Positions 16,362 to 25,413 of a DNA stretch of 32,946 nucleotides are shown in pieces. Positions within the stretch are counted from its first letter, which is position 1. Each line of letters starts with the position of its first letter. The stretch spans positions 1-32,946 of the forward strand of contig JAMOTN010000046.1 in NCBI GenBank assembly GCA_027062325.1, in the 5' to 3' direction. The position numbers were made by a program, and so were the translations under genes. Under the pieces are notes generated by a model. That model was not told where the DNA came from. It saw only the letters and a list, made by a program, of their open reading frames with translations, and did no database searches. The stretch is from a bacterium (GTDB taxonomy: Bacteria > JAMOTN01).

Positions 16362-19096
16362 TGTTTGGAAAGTTGATTGGAAGAATTAGAGTGTTCAGGT
16401 ATTGGTTTTATGTAGTGCTCATGGATATAGACTTTTTAACGGCTTATTGGTTGAAAAAGATATGGAGATATTTAAATGTACCGTATTTTGCACGTTTTTT
16501 TGTAGATTATGTGGTTTCCCCACTTCTTGCAGGTGTATTTGATGCACTAACAGAAGAAGAAAAAAAGACAGCGTGGCAGGCAAATGTTTATTTAAAATTA
16601 GAGTTACTTAAGCGAGATTTGGCTAAGGCTCTAAGAATGGCTCTTCAGTTTAGAGATGAATATTTTGTGGCTTTAATCTCTTTTAAGTTGAAACGTTATG
16701 ATATGGCTGTAAAGTACTCAGAAAATATTTCTAATAGACTAAAAAGAGCTGCATACTTCAAACTGGGTGAGTACGAAAAGGCCTACAAGATTGGTAAGTG
16801 GAAGTTTGCTTTGTTTTATGGAAAAGTTTTAAATGGTGAAAGTTTTAAGTTGGAAGAAGTTAGTTTATCCGAAAAAAAACATCTTTTGAAGTTGGCTTAC
16901 AAGGTAAAAAACTGGGAATTTATTTTCAATAATGCTGATAATCGTTACATTAAATACTTTGCGGGTTTAAAACTTGGTTTGTTGAGTGCCAAGGAAACTG
17001 AAGAATTGTTAAGGGGTTTGAATCCTGACTTTTCCTGGAATAGAGCTTTTGTCGTTTACGAAAAAGAGGATGGGAAGTGGAAACTTTATTTGGGATGGAG
17101 AAAGTGTTTTGAAGGTGAGTTTTTTAATGAGATGTCGTTTGCTTGCTCGTGTATTAATTTGGATGCTCTTGCTTCGAGTTGGTTGGAATTTGAGACACGA
17201 TTTAGTTTATTGAAGGAGCCGGTAGCTGTTCTTTGGAAAAATTTTAATGTTGGTAGATGGCGGGAAATTTTAGAAATTTTGAAGCTCGTAGGGATTGATT
17301 GGAATTATGCTGGAAAGTATTGGTTACCCTTTAAGGCTTTAAGATTTCTGAATTCTTTTTCAAAAAAATCGCGTATGGGGCGTGCTAAAAAGTTAGTTGT
17401 TCTTTGTGGAAAAAGGTGGAGGAGAGATTCGGAGGTAATGTTAAGGGTTTTTAAAAAGATAAACTATTGTCCTCGTTTAAATAGTGTGGAGGTATTTTTT
17501 GGATTGTTGCTGGCTTTCAGATTGTTAAAAAAGGGTCTTGATGAAGATAGAGTTTTCAATGCTTTAGAAAGTATGCTAGCAGAGAATAGAGATAATATAC
17601 GTAATTGTGCTACCTGCAAGTTAAATGAAAGTTGTAGTTTCAAGGTTTTGGATTATTCGGTAAAAAAGATTGATAAATATGAAGAATTATTGGCTGTTAA
17701 TAAATTTTATGAATTTGATACTTCTGAATTGATGGCTTACTGGGGAAAGAATACTTTGGCACTTCCTGAGAAACTTGAGCGTTTATTCAATGAATTTGGC
17801 CCTCGATCTTACTTGGAACCAAATGGTGTACGTATAAAGAGAAATGAGGAGAATGCAATTTTACTGTTTGATTTTTACTTTGAGGGGGTTTCATTATTAC
17901 TTGCAGAAATTTTAGGTTTTGATGTTGGAGCAGAATATGTGGATTATGATGTTGAAATAGTAGGTAAAGATACAGAGAGTATTGAACCTTTAGAATCGGA
18001 GTCTCTTAAAGCAGAAGAGTTGTCAAAGTTAATTTTTAAGTTGGGAGATAGAGAAGTAAAAATTCCAGATGTTTTGAAAGTTGAATTTGATCCTGCAGTC
18101 GTAAGTGGTTTTGTGAATAGGTTTTCAAAAAAGGAGCTTGTTGGATATATGCCTTCGCTTGATCCTACAGATGGGAGTTTTAGTTTGAAGAGATTTATGG
18201 ATGTAGTGGTTGGTAGGGATGATAAAGTTGTGAGTTTGTGGTTGCCAACAGCTTTGGATAGTAGTATTGAGTTGTTTAATGTTTTTAAAAGGGAAAAGGT
18301 GAGTTGGTTAGAAGGTTTTGGAGATAAACTGCTTGATAGGTTTAAGGAAAGATTAGGAAATATAGGATATTTGAAAAATTATATGATTGAGTTTTCTCAT
18401 GATCCAGCAGGATTTTTTGAGTTGAGTGTTTCCAGATTCTTTAAGAGATTGTCGGTTTATAAAAAAACACAGATATTTTTTAATGGCAAAGTGAAAAGAT
18501 TGTTGATGTGGTGGCCGTTTTGGCAACTCCTCGAAGAGTTTGAAGTTTTGTTGAAAAATTATATGAAAAAGGGAATAGAATTTATGTCGTACAGTTTCCT
18601 TGAAGGTTTTTTTGCAGGTTTTGAGGAAAGCATAGATGTTTTACTTGAAAATTTACAGTTGTGTGGAGCTTTGGATTTTGAAATTATTCAGAGTAGAGGA
18701 AGTGCCCCAAATGGCGAGAGTTTTACTAACAAAATAGATGAAATCTGGAATTATTTAGAATCAGAAGAAGAGTTGATGTTGGGAAGTGCACGATTTATTG
18801 AAAATTACAGAGTTGCCGTGGTTCTAAGAGAATTGGGACTAGCAGGATTGGATAAGCTTTGGCAGGTTAAATTGAGGATAACTCCGGCTAAGTTGTATTC
18901 TGAATTGAAAGATAAAGTTTCGGAAGAGAGTAAAACTGATTGGTTAGCTGGTTTATTTGGAATGGTTGTTGGTTGTGGAGGAGAAGGTGTTAAAATAAGA
19001 AAGTTTGATGCCGACAGATTTGCTCTCTACAAGAAGTTTCTATGGGAGTGGAGGAAAGAATTTCTCAAGTTTTTTGAAGTAAAAGAAGAGCGGTAG
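16361..19096 (+). CDS. large hypothetical protein (TPR-like N-terminal helices, Cys cluster)
   Basis: 911-aa ORF. AYFKLGEYEKA is TPR-like; contains CATCKLNESC. Coupled to both neighbours. Confidence 0.75.
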   Translation: MFGKLIGRIRVFRYWFYVVLMDIDFLTAYWLKKIWRYLNVPYFARFFVDYVVSPLLAGVFDALTEEEKKTAWQANVYLKLELLKRDLAKALRMALQFRDEYFVALISFKLKRYDMAVKYSENISNRLKRAAYFKLGEYEKAYKIGKWKFALFYGKVLNGESFKLEEVSLSEKKHLLKLAYKVKNWEFIFNNADNRYIKYFAGLKLGLLSAKETEELLRGLNPDFSWNRAFVVYEKEDGKWKLYLGWRKCFEGEFFNEMSFACSCINLDALASSWLEFETRFSLLKEPVAVLWKNFNVGRWREILEILKLVGIDWNYAGKYWLPFKALRFLNSFSKKSRMGRAKKLVVLCGKRWRRDSEVMLRVFKKINYCPRLNSVEVFFGLLLAFRLLKKGLDEDRVFNALESMLAENRDNIRNCATCKLNESCSFKVLDYSVKKIDKYEELLAVNKFYEFDTSELMAYWGKNTLALPEKLERLFNEFGPRSYLEPNGVRIKRNEENAILLFDFYFEGVSLLLAEILGFDVGAEYVDYDVEIVGKDTESIEPLESESLKAEELSKLIFKLGDREVKIPDVLKVEFDPAVVSGFVNRFSKKELVGYMPSLDPTDGSFSLKRFMDVVVGRDDKVVSLWLPTALDSSIELFNVFKREKVSWLEGFGDKLLDRFKERLGNIGYLKNYMIEFSHDPAGFFELSVSRFFKRLSVYKKTQIFFNGKVKRLLMWWPFWQLLEEFEVLLKNYMKKGIEFMSYSFLEGFFAGFEESIDVLLENLQLCGALDFEIIQSRGSAPNGESFTNKIDEIWNYLESEEELMLGSARFIENYRVAVVLRELGLAGLDKLWQVKLRITPAKLYSELKDKVSEESKTDWLAGLFGMVVGCGGEGVKIRKFDADRFALYKKFLWEWRKEFLKFFEVKEER

Positions 19097-20127
19097 TGAA
19101 GGAAGATTTTAACTTTATCTCTGAGAGTGAAGGGAAGAAGATGAGTTTTATCGAGGTTGTGTTAATAAATACTCTTCATAGATTGAAATTACTTGTTAGG
19201 GAGAAAGAGTATTTATTTCAAGCTTTAGGACTATACTTTTTTATGGCACTTTTGTTTTTCTCGCTTGGCGTATGGGGAACAGTTGTAGAAATTCAGAGTG
19301 GATGGGTTAAAAAGATATATTCACGTTATAGGTCTTACCAAAGATTTGAAGGTGCTAGAGGTGTCTATGAGACGGAAGCCGAATTGGTTATAGGACGTGA
19401 TACTTTCCCCGTAAAAATTGTAGGACGGACGGATCAAAAAAAAGTGTTATTTGGAAGTTATTTTAAAAGGTACAGAAGAGCTAAGGGAATTTTAATTGGT
19501 TTGGATAGAGTGAATGTGAAGTTGGAGCATTTTTTTACAACGGGGTATGAAGATGTAGATAAGTTTATTGTTATTGCTCCAATTGAGTTGGCGTGGAAAA
19601 TAGATATGGCTTCTGGAGTTTACAGTTGGTGGGAATCTGATAAGATACCATCTGCTTTGAGAAACAGTGCGAGGGCAACTGTTGAGGATGTTTATTTTAC
19701 TAAATATGGAGTGGGAAGATTTGAAGTATTGGAGAGTGAGATAGTATCTGTAATAGGTTTTTTGGGAGTTGTGAGTGTTATGTTACTCAGTTATTCTGCT
19801 TCTCTTGGATTGCGCAAGAGATTTGTCAATCTTGATTTGATTTGGAGAGTTAAAAGGGCTAGTTTTTTTTCTTGGAGAAAAATTCCGCAAGTGGCTTGGT
19901 TCACTTTGTTTATGATGACTTATATGGGCATTGTTATTCTGGCTTACTTTACTGCCCAGGGAACAGCTATTTATATATCACAAACAGAGGTGATGAAATA
20001 TTTTAGGGATGTGTATGGAATAAATGAGTTAAGAATTACACTGAGCTTAAATTTTATAATAGCGATAATTTTAGTTATGAGTCTTACTTCGGTTTTAATT
20101 GCTTTTTCTAAAGAAAGGATTTTTTGA
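19096..20127 (+). CDS. degenerate LolE/MacB/FtsX-like ABC permease
   Basis: One TM, a soluble loop (FTTGYEDVDKFIVIAPIELA) and three C-terminal TMs, with VYGINELRI before the last helix, as in LolC/E topology. Confidence 0.5.
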   Translation: MKEDFNFISESEGKKMSFIEVVLINTLHRLKLLVREKEYLFQALGLYFFMALLFFSLGVWGTVVEIQSGWVKKIYSRYRSYQRFEGARGVYETEAELVIGRDTFPVKIVGRTDQKKVLFGSYFKRYRRAKGILIGLDRVNVKLEHFFTTGYEDVDKFIVIAPIELAWKIDMASGVYSWWESDKIPSALRNSARATVEDVYFTKYGVGRFEVLESEIVSVIGFLGVVSVMLLSYSASLGLRKRFVNLDLIWRVKRASFFSWRKIPQVAWFTLFMMTYMGIVILAYFTAQGTAIYISQTEVMKYFRDVYGINELRITLSLNFIIAIILVMSLTSVLIAFSKERIF

Positions 20128-20163
20128 AAGAACAAGGGTGCAGGACTTTAAGCCCCGCACCCC
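20126..20163 (-). terminator. intrinsic terminator of hsp20
   Basis: Minus strand GGGTGCGGGGC-ttaaa-GTCCTGCACCC (11 bp including two G-U pairs) followed by TTGTTCTTT. Pairing is complete only on the minus strand. Confidence 0.8.
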
Positions 20164-20213
20164 TAATATTTATTAATGACAAGGTCTTGACGGGACTGTT
20201 CTCCACTGATTAT

Positions 20214-20669
20214 TTACTTTTTAATGGGGATCTTTTTAGTTTTCTCTTCTTCTTTCTTGGGGATACGAATTACTAGTATTCCGTTTTTGAACTCTGCTTC
20301 TGCTTTGTCAAAGTCAACATTTTTGGGAAGGCGAATACTTCTTTCAAATTTTCCATAGGATATTTCACTAAAAAGGTAATTTTCTCCTTCCTTCACTTCT
20401 TCTTTTTTGCGTTCTCCTTTAATAGTCAACACATCACCTTTTACATTCAGTTCGATGTTTTCTTCCTCAATTCCAGGAAGTTCTACCTTCAATACCATTT
20501 CATTTTCCTTGTCGATTAGCTCCATGGCGGGAAAAGATGCGGCAGTTTCATACCGAACTATATCCGGTATGAACTCAGACAGAATTTTATCGGTTAATCT
20601 GAAGATGTCTCTTATTGGACTAACTCCAAATTCTTCCATATTATTTGGTTTTCTTGGCCATCTGTTCAT
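20214..20669 (-). CDS. Hsp20/alpha-crystallin small heat-shock protein
   Basis: ELPGI, LTIKGER, EISYGKFERSIRLP, AEFKNGILVIRIPK, C-terminal IPI motif. RBS GGAGGG. Confidence 0.96.
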   Translation of the reverse strand: MNRWPRKPNNMEEFGVSPIRDIFRLTDKILSEFIPDIVRYETAASFPAMELIDKENEMVLKVELPGIEEENIELNVKGDVLTIKGERKKEEVKEGENYLFSEISYGKFERSIRLPKNVDFDKAEAEFKNGILVIRIPKKEEEKTKKIPIKK

Positions 20670-20725
20670 TTTACATCCCTCCTTTTTTCAATTTGTGTTT
20701 TGTCAATGTTTCCACTTTTTATTTT

Positions 20726-20741
20726 TGCAAAATGCGTGCCT
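20726..20741 (-). promoter_or_regulatory. sigma-54 (-24/-12) promoter of hsp20
   Basis: Minus strand AGGCACGCATTTTGCA matches TGGCACG-N4-TTGCA with exact GG-N10-GC spacing. Confidence 0.8.
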
Positions 20742-20804
20742 AAGATTTTGTAGAATTTATCAACAGTTAGCTTAGTAGTGTTGTTTCATATTTCAATGAT
20801 AGTT

Positions 20805-21677
20805 TCATTTTGTAAATTCAAGTACGGCGGAATACCACATAGCTGAATTTTCTTCTTCAACTACGAATTTTCCCCACTCCTTTTTGAATTCTGATACCTC
20901 TTCTTCTAATATCCCACTCACTATGAGTTTTTTCACTCTGTTTTTTAGATCTGGTATGAGTTTCTTGAGAACACTCCAAAGGATATTGGCAGCTCCTAAA
21001 TCAAATTTTTTGTCTTCACGTATGGCTTTTGTACCCTCACATATGATTACTTTTACGGAACTTTTATTTTCTTTAAGATTTTCTGCAAGGGAGAAGATAC
21101 AAGATTTATCAATTTCTGTTGCTAATACATCCTTAATACCAAGTTTTTCAGCGGCAATTGATAAAATACCGCTTCCTGTGCCGATGTCCAAAAATGAAGA
21201 GCTTTCTTTAGCATATTTTTGTAGGAACTTCAAGCAAGCTCTGGTTGTTGGATGATGACCTGTTCCAAATGCTCCGAAGCCTTCTATTGTGATTACAATA
21301 TTATTCGAAGTTGCTTCTTCTGGTGTTTCCTTATCAGCTGGCTTAACAAGGATTATTCCAACTTTTACGGGTTCGAACTCCTGTTTTTGCAGCTGATTTA
21401 ATTCGTTTTCATCTAAGGCTTCTATGTGATATTCGAATTTTCCGAATAGTTCTTCTAACTCCTTCCAAGCCTTCATTGCATCTGAGAACTCTGCAAAGTA
21501 AGCTTTGGCATAGGGGCGTGAAGACTTTGGAACGACACCTGTAAGACCGGGAAAGTCTTCCTCTCTTAAATCTTCGTATTCACAACCTCCTGTCTTCTCG
21601 ACTAGATAAGCAACGATAGGTTCAATCAACAACTTATCTTTGGGGTATATTGTTAATGAAACAGGCATTTTTATCAC
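20805..21677 (-). CDS. prmA: ribosomal protein L11 methyltransferase
   Basis: GAFGTGHHPTT, LDIGTGSGILSI, ANIL, SGIL motifs. Confidence 0.88.
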   Translation of the reverse strand: MIKMPVSLTIYPKDKLLIEPIVAYLVEKTGGCEYEDLREEDFPGLTGVVPKSSRPYAKAYFAEFSDAMKAWKELEELFGKFEYHIEALDENELNQLQKQEFEPVKVGIILVKPADKETPEEATSNNIVITIEGFGAFGTGHHPTTRACLKFLQKYAKESSSFLDIGTGSGILSIAAEKLGIKDVLATEIDKSCIFSLAENLKENKSSVKVIICEGTKAIREDKKFDLGAANILWSVLKKLIPDLKNRVKKLIVSGILEEEVSEFKKEWGKFVVEEENSAMWYSAVLEFTK

Positions 21678-21691
21678 CTCCGGGGGTATTG

Positions 21692-22432
21692 TTAAATAAT
21701 TTTGAAAGTTTGAACCAGAAAGGCAGTGTGTGCAATCATCCTATCTGTTGGACGCAGCGCTTTAGGGTTCGGATTCCATTCACGGTGCAAAATCTCTAAT
21801 ATCCGGGTAGCAACGAATTTTTTTGTTTTTAAAGTTTCCAAAAGCTCTATAATTTGAGTTGTTGTTGGAACTAGAAATACTACTGATTTGCCAGGTTTTA
21901 GGACTTTGTATACAGCTTCTACCATAGCAAAAGGTTCCGGAACATCTATGAAGACAGCATCTGCTATTTCATCTTGGATAGGGAACTTCTCTTTTATGTC
22001 GGCATTTATCAAGTGATAGTTGTTGAATTGTGAGAATTTTTTTAAGTTTTGTTTTGCAATATTAATAAAAGAAAAACGCCTTTCAAAGCTAAGTAGTTTC
22101 CCTGTAGGGCCAATCATGTTTGAAAAAAATATCGATGCTGATCCCGAACCTGTTCCACATTCCACTACTGTACTTCCAATACGAAGATCCATGAGAAAGG
22201 GCAGCATAGCTAATTCTTTTGGAAATAGGATTTGTGTCTTCCTGTCAAGTTTTTTTATAATGTCCTCCAGCGTTGGATAGAGTATGTGAGCTTTAATTCC
22301 TTTATTTGATTGTATTGTTTGGCCGTAATTTTGTGAAATCTCTTCTTCTGGAAAAGTTCCCTTATCAGTGTGAACAGAATGGAGTTTTGAGATTAGGAAT
22401 TTGCGTTTTTTGTCTATTCTTATTAACTTCAC
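21692..22432 (-). CDS. trmI: tRNA (adenine58-N1)-methyltransferase TrmI/GCD14 family
   Basis: RKTQILFPKE, VECGTGSG, FIDVPEP, LRPTDRMIAHTAFL. Confidence 0.9.
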   Translation of the reverse strand: MKLIRIDKKRKFLISKLHSVHTDKGTFPEEEISQNYGQTIQSNKGIKAHILYPTLEDIIKKLDRKTQILFPKELAMLPFLMDLRIGSTVVECGTGSGSASIFFSNMIGPTGKLLSFERRFSFINIAKQNLKKFSQFNNYHLINADIKEKFPIQDEIADAVFIDVPEPFAMVEAVYKVLKPGKSVVFLVPTTTQIIELLETLKTKKFVATRILEILHREWNPNPKALRPTDRMIAHTAFLVQTFKII

Positions 22433-22980
22433 TTCAATTCACCTGCCAGAATTTTTTCTGCTTGAGAGGGAATAGTTTTGTGTAGAGAAAAAAGCAGATT
22501 ATCTTTATAAAAAACTTGAAATTCAAACATAAAAATTTTTGATCTGGTTACGCTATCGTCCAACTCTTTATCGTGAATCAATACTTTGCCATTTGAGAAG
22601 TAGTAAGGGATAAATTTTATCTCTACGCTATCCGGGAGGTGAATGAAATTTGTTCTGCCAGCTTTTGAAATTTGAATTTTTGATTTTGAAAACTCTACAG
22701 TCATTGTTTCCTCCTCGGCTATTGATGCAACTGGAGGTTTTAGTTTGAAAGATATGAAGTTTGATTTGCAACGTGTGACTTCCGAGACATTTTCTAACAG
22801 ATCGCCCAATTTAGTTATGGCTTTATAAGAAAAGAGAAGACGAGATGTTTTCTCTTCTAAAAAAATTCCGCGTTTGTTGATATAAAGCCATACCTGATTT
22901 ATGACGATTCCAATAAAAGAAGCTATTGCAATAGAGATTAAAACCTCTGGTAATGTGAAGGAGTGAATTTTGTACCTCAT
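22429..22980 (-). CDS. prepilin-type N-terminal cleavage/methylation protein (pseudopilin-like)
   Basis: MRYKIHS/FTLPEVLISIAIASFIG: class III signal with F+1 and E+5, and Ser in place of the usual Gly at -1. Confidence 0.7.
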   Translation of the reverse strand: MRYKIHSFTLPEVLISIAIASFIGIVINQVWLYINKRGIFLEEKTSRLLFSYKAITKLGDLLENVSEVTRCKSNFISFKLKPPVASIAEEETMTVEFSKSKIQISKAGRTNFIHLPDSVEIKFIPYYFSNGKVLIHDKELDDSVTRSKIFMFEFQVFYKDNLLFSLHKTIPSQAEKILAGELK

Positions 22981-22998
22981 CAGGAGTAATTATACACT

Positions 22999-23445
22999 AT
23001 GGAGAGCACAATAATCTTGGTAGCTTTAATTTTGTTTGGGTTTTCAGTGTTTTTGGGTTTTATAAATTATATAGTTGGAAAACCATTAATAGCGGCACTT
23101 ATGAGTGTTTTTGGTATCTACATAAATTTTCTTGCGGGTATGGCAGTATTTCTTGTTTTGAATGAACTTTTATCATATTTTGTGAGGAATGCTGTAGGAA
23201 TGCGGCGCATGGTTGAAGTGCCAGATTTAACCCCTAAGGAAGTTATACTGAGAAGAAAAGCTATTAAGCGCACTCTTGGATTTGAATTAGGAGGAAAGGA
23301 GAATCTTATTGAGGGATCAAAGGTAAAGAGTTCTGAAGGAGGTACAAGGAGTTCCCAAGGTACTCCTAATATTCCCAACTTACCTGAAGGAATGAATATG
23401 GAAGATTTAACAAATGCTTTGAAGTTGCTAGGGGGGATGCAATGA
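22999..23445 (+). CDS. small membrane protein of unknown function
   Basis: Two N-terminal TM helices and a soluble tail. AGGAG upstream. Confidence 0.65.
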   Translation: MESTIILVALILFGFSVFLGFINYIVGKPLIAALMSVFGIYINFLAGMAVFLVLNELLSYFVRNAVGMRRMVEVPDLTPKEVILRRKAIKRTLGFELGGKENLIEGSKVKSSEGGTRSSQGTPNIPNLPEGMNMEDLTNALKLLGGMQ

Positions 23446-23457
23446 TCCCCCCATTTT
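23431..23457 (+). terminator. hairpin/terminator overlapping the stop codon between convergent genes
   Basis: GGGGGGAT-gcaatg-ATCCCCCC followed by ATTTT. Confidence 0.55.
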
Positions 23458-23475
23458 AGAAAATTGACGAAAGAT

Positions 23476-24000
23476 TTATTTACCAAAAAGTTTGTTCCAT
23501 ATTCTTTTCCACCAGCTTTCTTCTTTCTTTTGCTCTTGAGATGGGTGAGATGGGGTTGTGTTAGCAGGTTTGGAGGTAACAGTATTCTCTTCAGTTTTAG
23601 GTTTTAATAACACCTTTTCTAACTTTGGAAGATTGAAGCCTATAATTTGATCTTTCATTGTTTTATCTTTGGAGAGAATAATTGTTGTGGGAACTCCTCT
23701 AATCATAAATTGCCTAAAGAGAGGAATGGCTGCTGGAATGTAATCGAATTGGTTATCTACCATCTGCTGCGTCATTTCACGAGATACCGGTGTTACAATA
23801 ACAATTCTTACATTTGGATTTAATTTTTCTTTATTCTCTTTTAGCCATGAAATAAGTTTTATGCAGTAAGGACAATGATTTGAGACAAAAGCAAGAGCGA
23901 TTTCCTTGTCGTTTGGAATTGATTCCAAATCGGTGAATTCTGTTCCCAAAATTGTGAATGTTAGTAACAATGTGAAAAGCAATGCGTACCTGAATTTCAT
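23476..24000 (-). CDS. exported thioredoxin-fold protein (CPYC)
   Basis: Signal-like N-terminus from ATG at 24000 (AAGGAG RBS). HCPYC active site and GVPT cis-Pro loop. Confidence 0.8.
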   Translation of the reverse strand: MKFRYALLFTLLLTFTILGTEFTDLESIPNDKEIALAFVSNHCPYCIKLISWLKENKEKLNPNVRIVIVTPVSREMTQQMVDNQFDYIPAAIPLFRQFMIRGVPTTIILSKDKTMKDQIIGFNLPKLEKVLLKPKTEENTVTSKPANTTPSHPSQEQKKEESWWKRIWNKLFGK

Positions 24001-24088
24001 CTCAACCACTCCTTGTTGATTTTTTAGTTATAATAAATTATATACAAAAGTTGCTTTCTTTCCTAAGATATTTGGGAGGTGTAAGTTT

Positions 24089-24955
24089 ATGAGTTGGGCA
24101 AATATTGATAAAGCAAATGACTTGTTTGAGAAGGCACTGGAATACTTTGAAAATGAAGATTTTAGTTCTGCTGAGAAAAATTTAAAAGAGGCTCTTAAGA
24201 AAGATCCAGAATTTGCTCAAGCATACATAAAATTGGGAGACATCTATCTCCTAAGGAATAAATTGACAGAGGCTAGGGATTATTATGAGAAGGCTTTGAA
24301 AATTAATCCGGATTCTATTTTAGCTTTGTATAAACTTGCGGATACTTATTTGAAAATGAGAATGTACAGTCAGTCTATAAAGTTGTTCCGTGAGTGTATT
24401 AAAAAAGGCGTAGAAGATCTTGAACTTTATGTTTCAGCAGATGAAATCTATGCAAAGCTTGGAGAGGCTTACTTAAAGAAGGGAGATCTTAAAAAGGCTG
24501 CAACCTTCTTGTTGAGAGCTTTGAACATAGCTCCGACTTCTCTTGTTGCGCGCTATCATTACGCTGTTTTGTTGCTAAGAAAGAGAAAACTGGATGAAGC
24601 AGAGCATAATTTTCGAGTTGTCATAGAACAGACTACTCGTTCGTTAGAAATAAGTGCTCAAAATCCGGGGGTGTATTTTTTCAGGGGTAAAGCAAACTTT
24701 CACATATTTAACTACGGAGATGCAAAGAGGGATATATCAAGAGCAATTGAGTTGGATACTGAAGAGATTGATTATCACGTTTATGAGGGGTTGGGATATA
24801 GCGATGCAGATGCATATGTAGCTTTGGGTGAAGTTTACAAAAAAATTGGCGATAAAATTAAAGCGGAGGAGTATTGGAAAAAGGCTCTTGAAATAGAACC
24901 TGATCATCCATTGGCAAGGAGGTATTTGTCCGGGTGGAAGTTGGTAATCTGGTAA
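24089..24955 (+). CDS. tetratricopeptide repeat protein
   Basis: Multiple TPRs (AYIKLGDIY...ALKINP; AYVALGEVY...ALEIEP). GGAGG RBS. Confidence 0.9.
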   Translation: MSWANIDKANDLFEKALEYFENEDFSSAEKNLKEALKKDPEFAQAYIKLGDIYLLRNKLTEARDYYEKALKINPDSILALYKLADTYLKMRMYSQSIKLFRECIKKGVEDLELYVSADEIYAKLGEAYLKKGDLKKAATFLLRALNIAPTSLVARYHYAVLLLRKRKLDEAEHNFRVVIEQTTRSLEISAQNPGVYFFRGKANFHIFNYGDAKRDISRAIELDTEEIDYHVYEGLGYSDADAYVALGEVYKKIGDKIKAEEYWKKALEIEPDHPLARRYLSGWKLVIW

Positions 24956-25392
24956 GGTATGGGTTGGCTTCAAATGGAACGATGTTATACGAATCTGATC
25001 CAGTTTCTAATTTGGATTTCAGAAGATTTAAAAAGATGTCTAAAGAAGAGCAACTGAAAAAGTTGCGTGAGCTTGCTGATGAGATGGAAGCGTCCATGGT
25101 TAAATCACTTTTAGTTAAAATGAAGCGGGCAAGTGAATGGAGTGAGAAGCCGTCGCTTGCCCGCCGTTTTTGGGAAGAGGAGCTTTTTGGAAAGTGGGCT
25201 GAAGTTATAGCCAAGAGTGGGGACTTGGGGATAAGTGAGGCAATTTACAATCAGTTAAAAGAAGCAATAGAAGGAAAAGGTTTGAAGGGGAAAGTGGTTG
25301 AAAAGATTGATGTAGTTGATGAAATTGATAAAGAAAAAACTTTGACTTCTCCAAAACTGGATTTATCTAAATTTAGGCTTAGAGCTCCTTAA
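24934..25392 (+). CDS. FlgJ-like rod-binding domain protein (no muramidase domain)
   Basis: KLRELADEMEASMVKSLLVKMK...AEVIAKSGDLGISEAIYNQL matches the FlgJ N-terminal rod-binding pattern. Confidence 0.75.
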   Translation: MEVGNLVRYGLASNGTMLYESDPVSNLDFRRFKKMSKEEQLKKLRELADEMEASMVKSLLVKMKRASEWSEKPSLARRFWEEELFGKWAEVIAKSGDLGISEAIYNQLKEAIEGKGLKGKVVEKIDVVDEIDKEKTLTSPKLDLSKFRLRAP

Positions 25393-25413
25393 TAATTCTG
25401 GTTTTGTTGAGTT

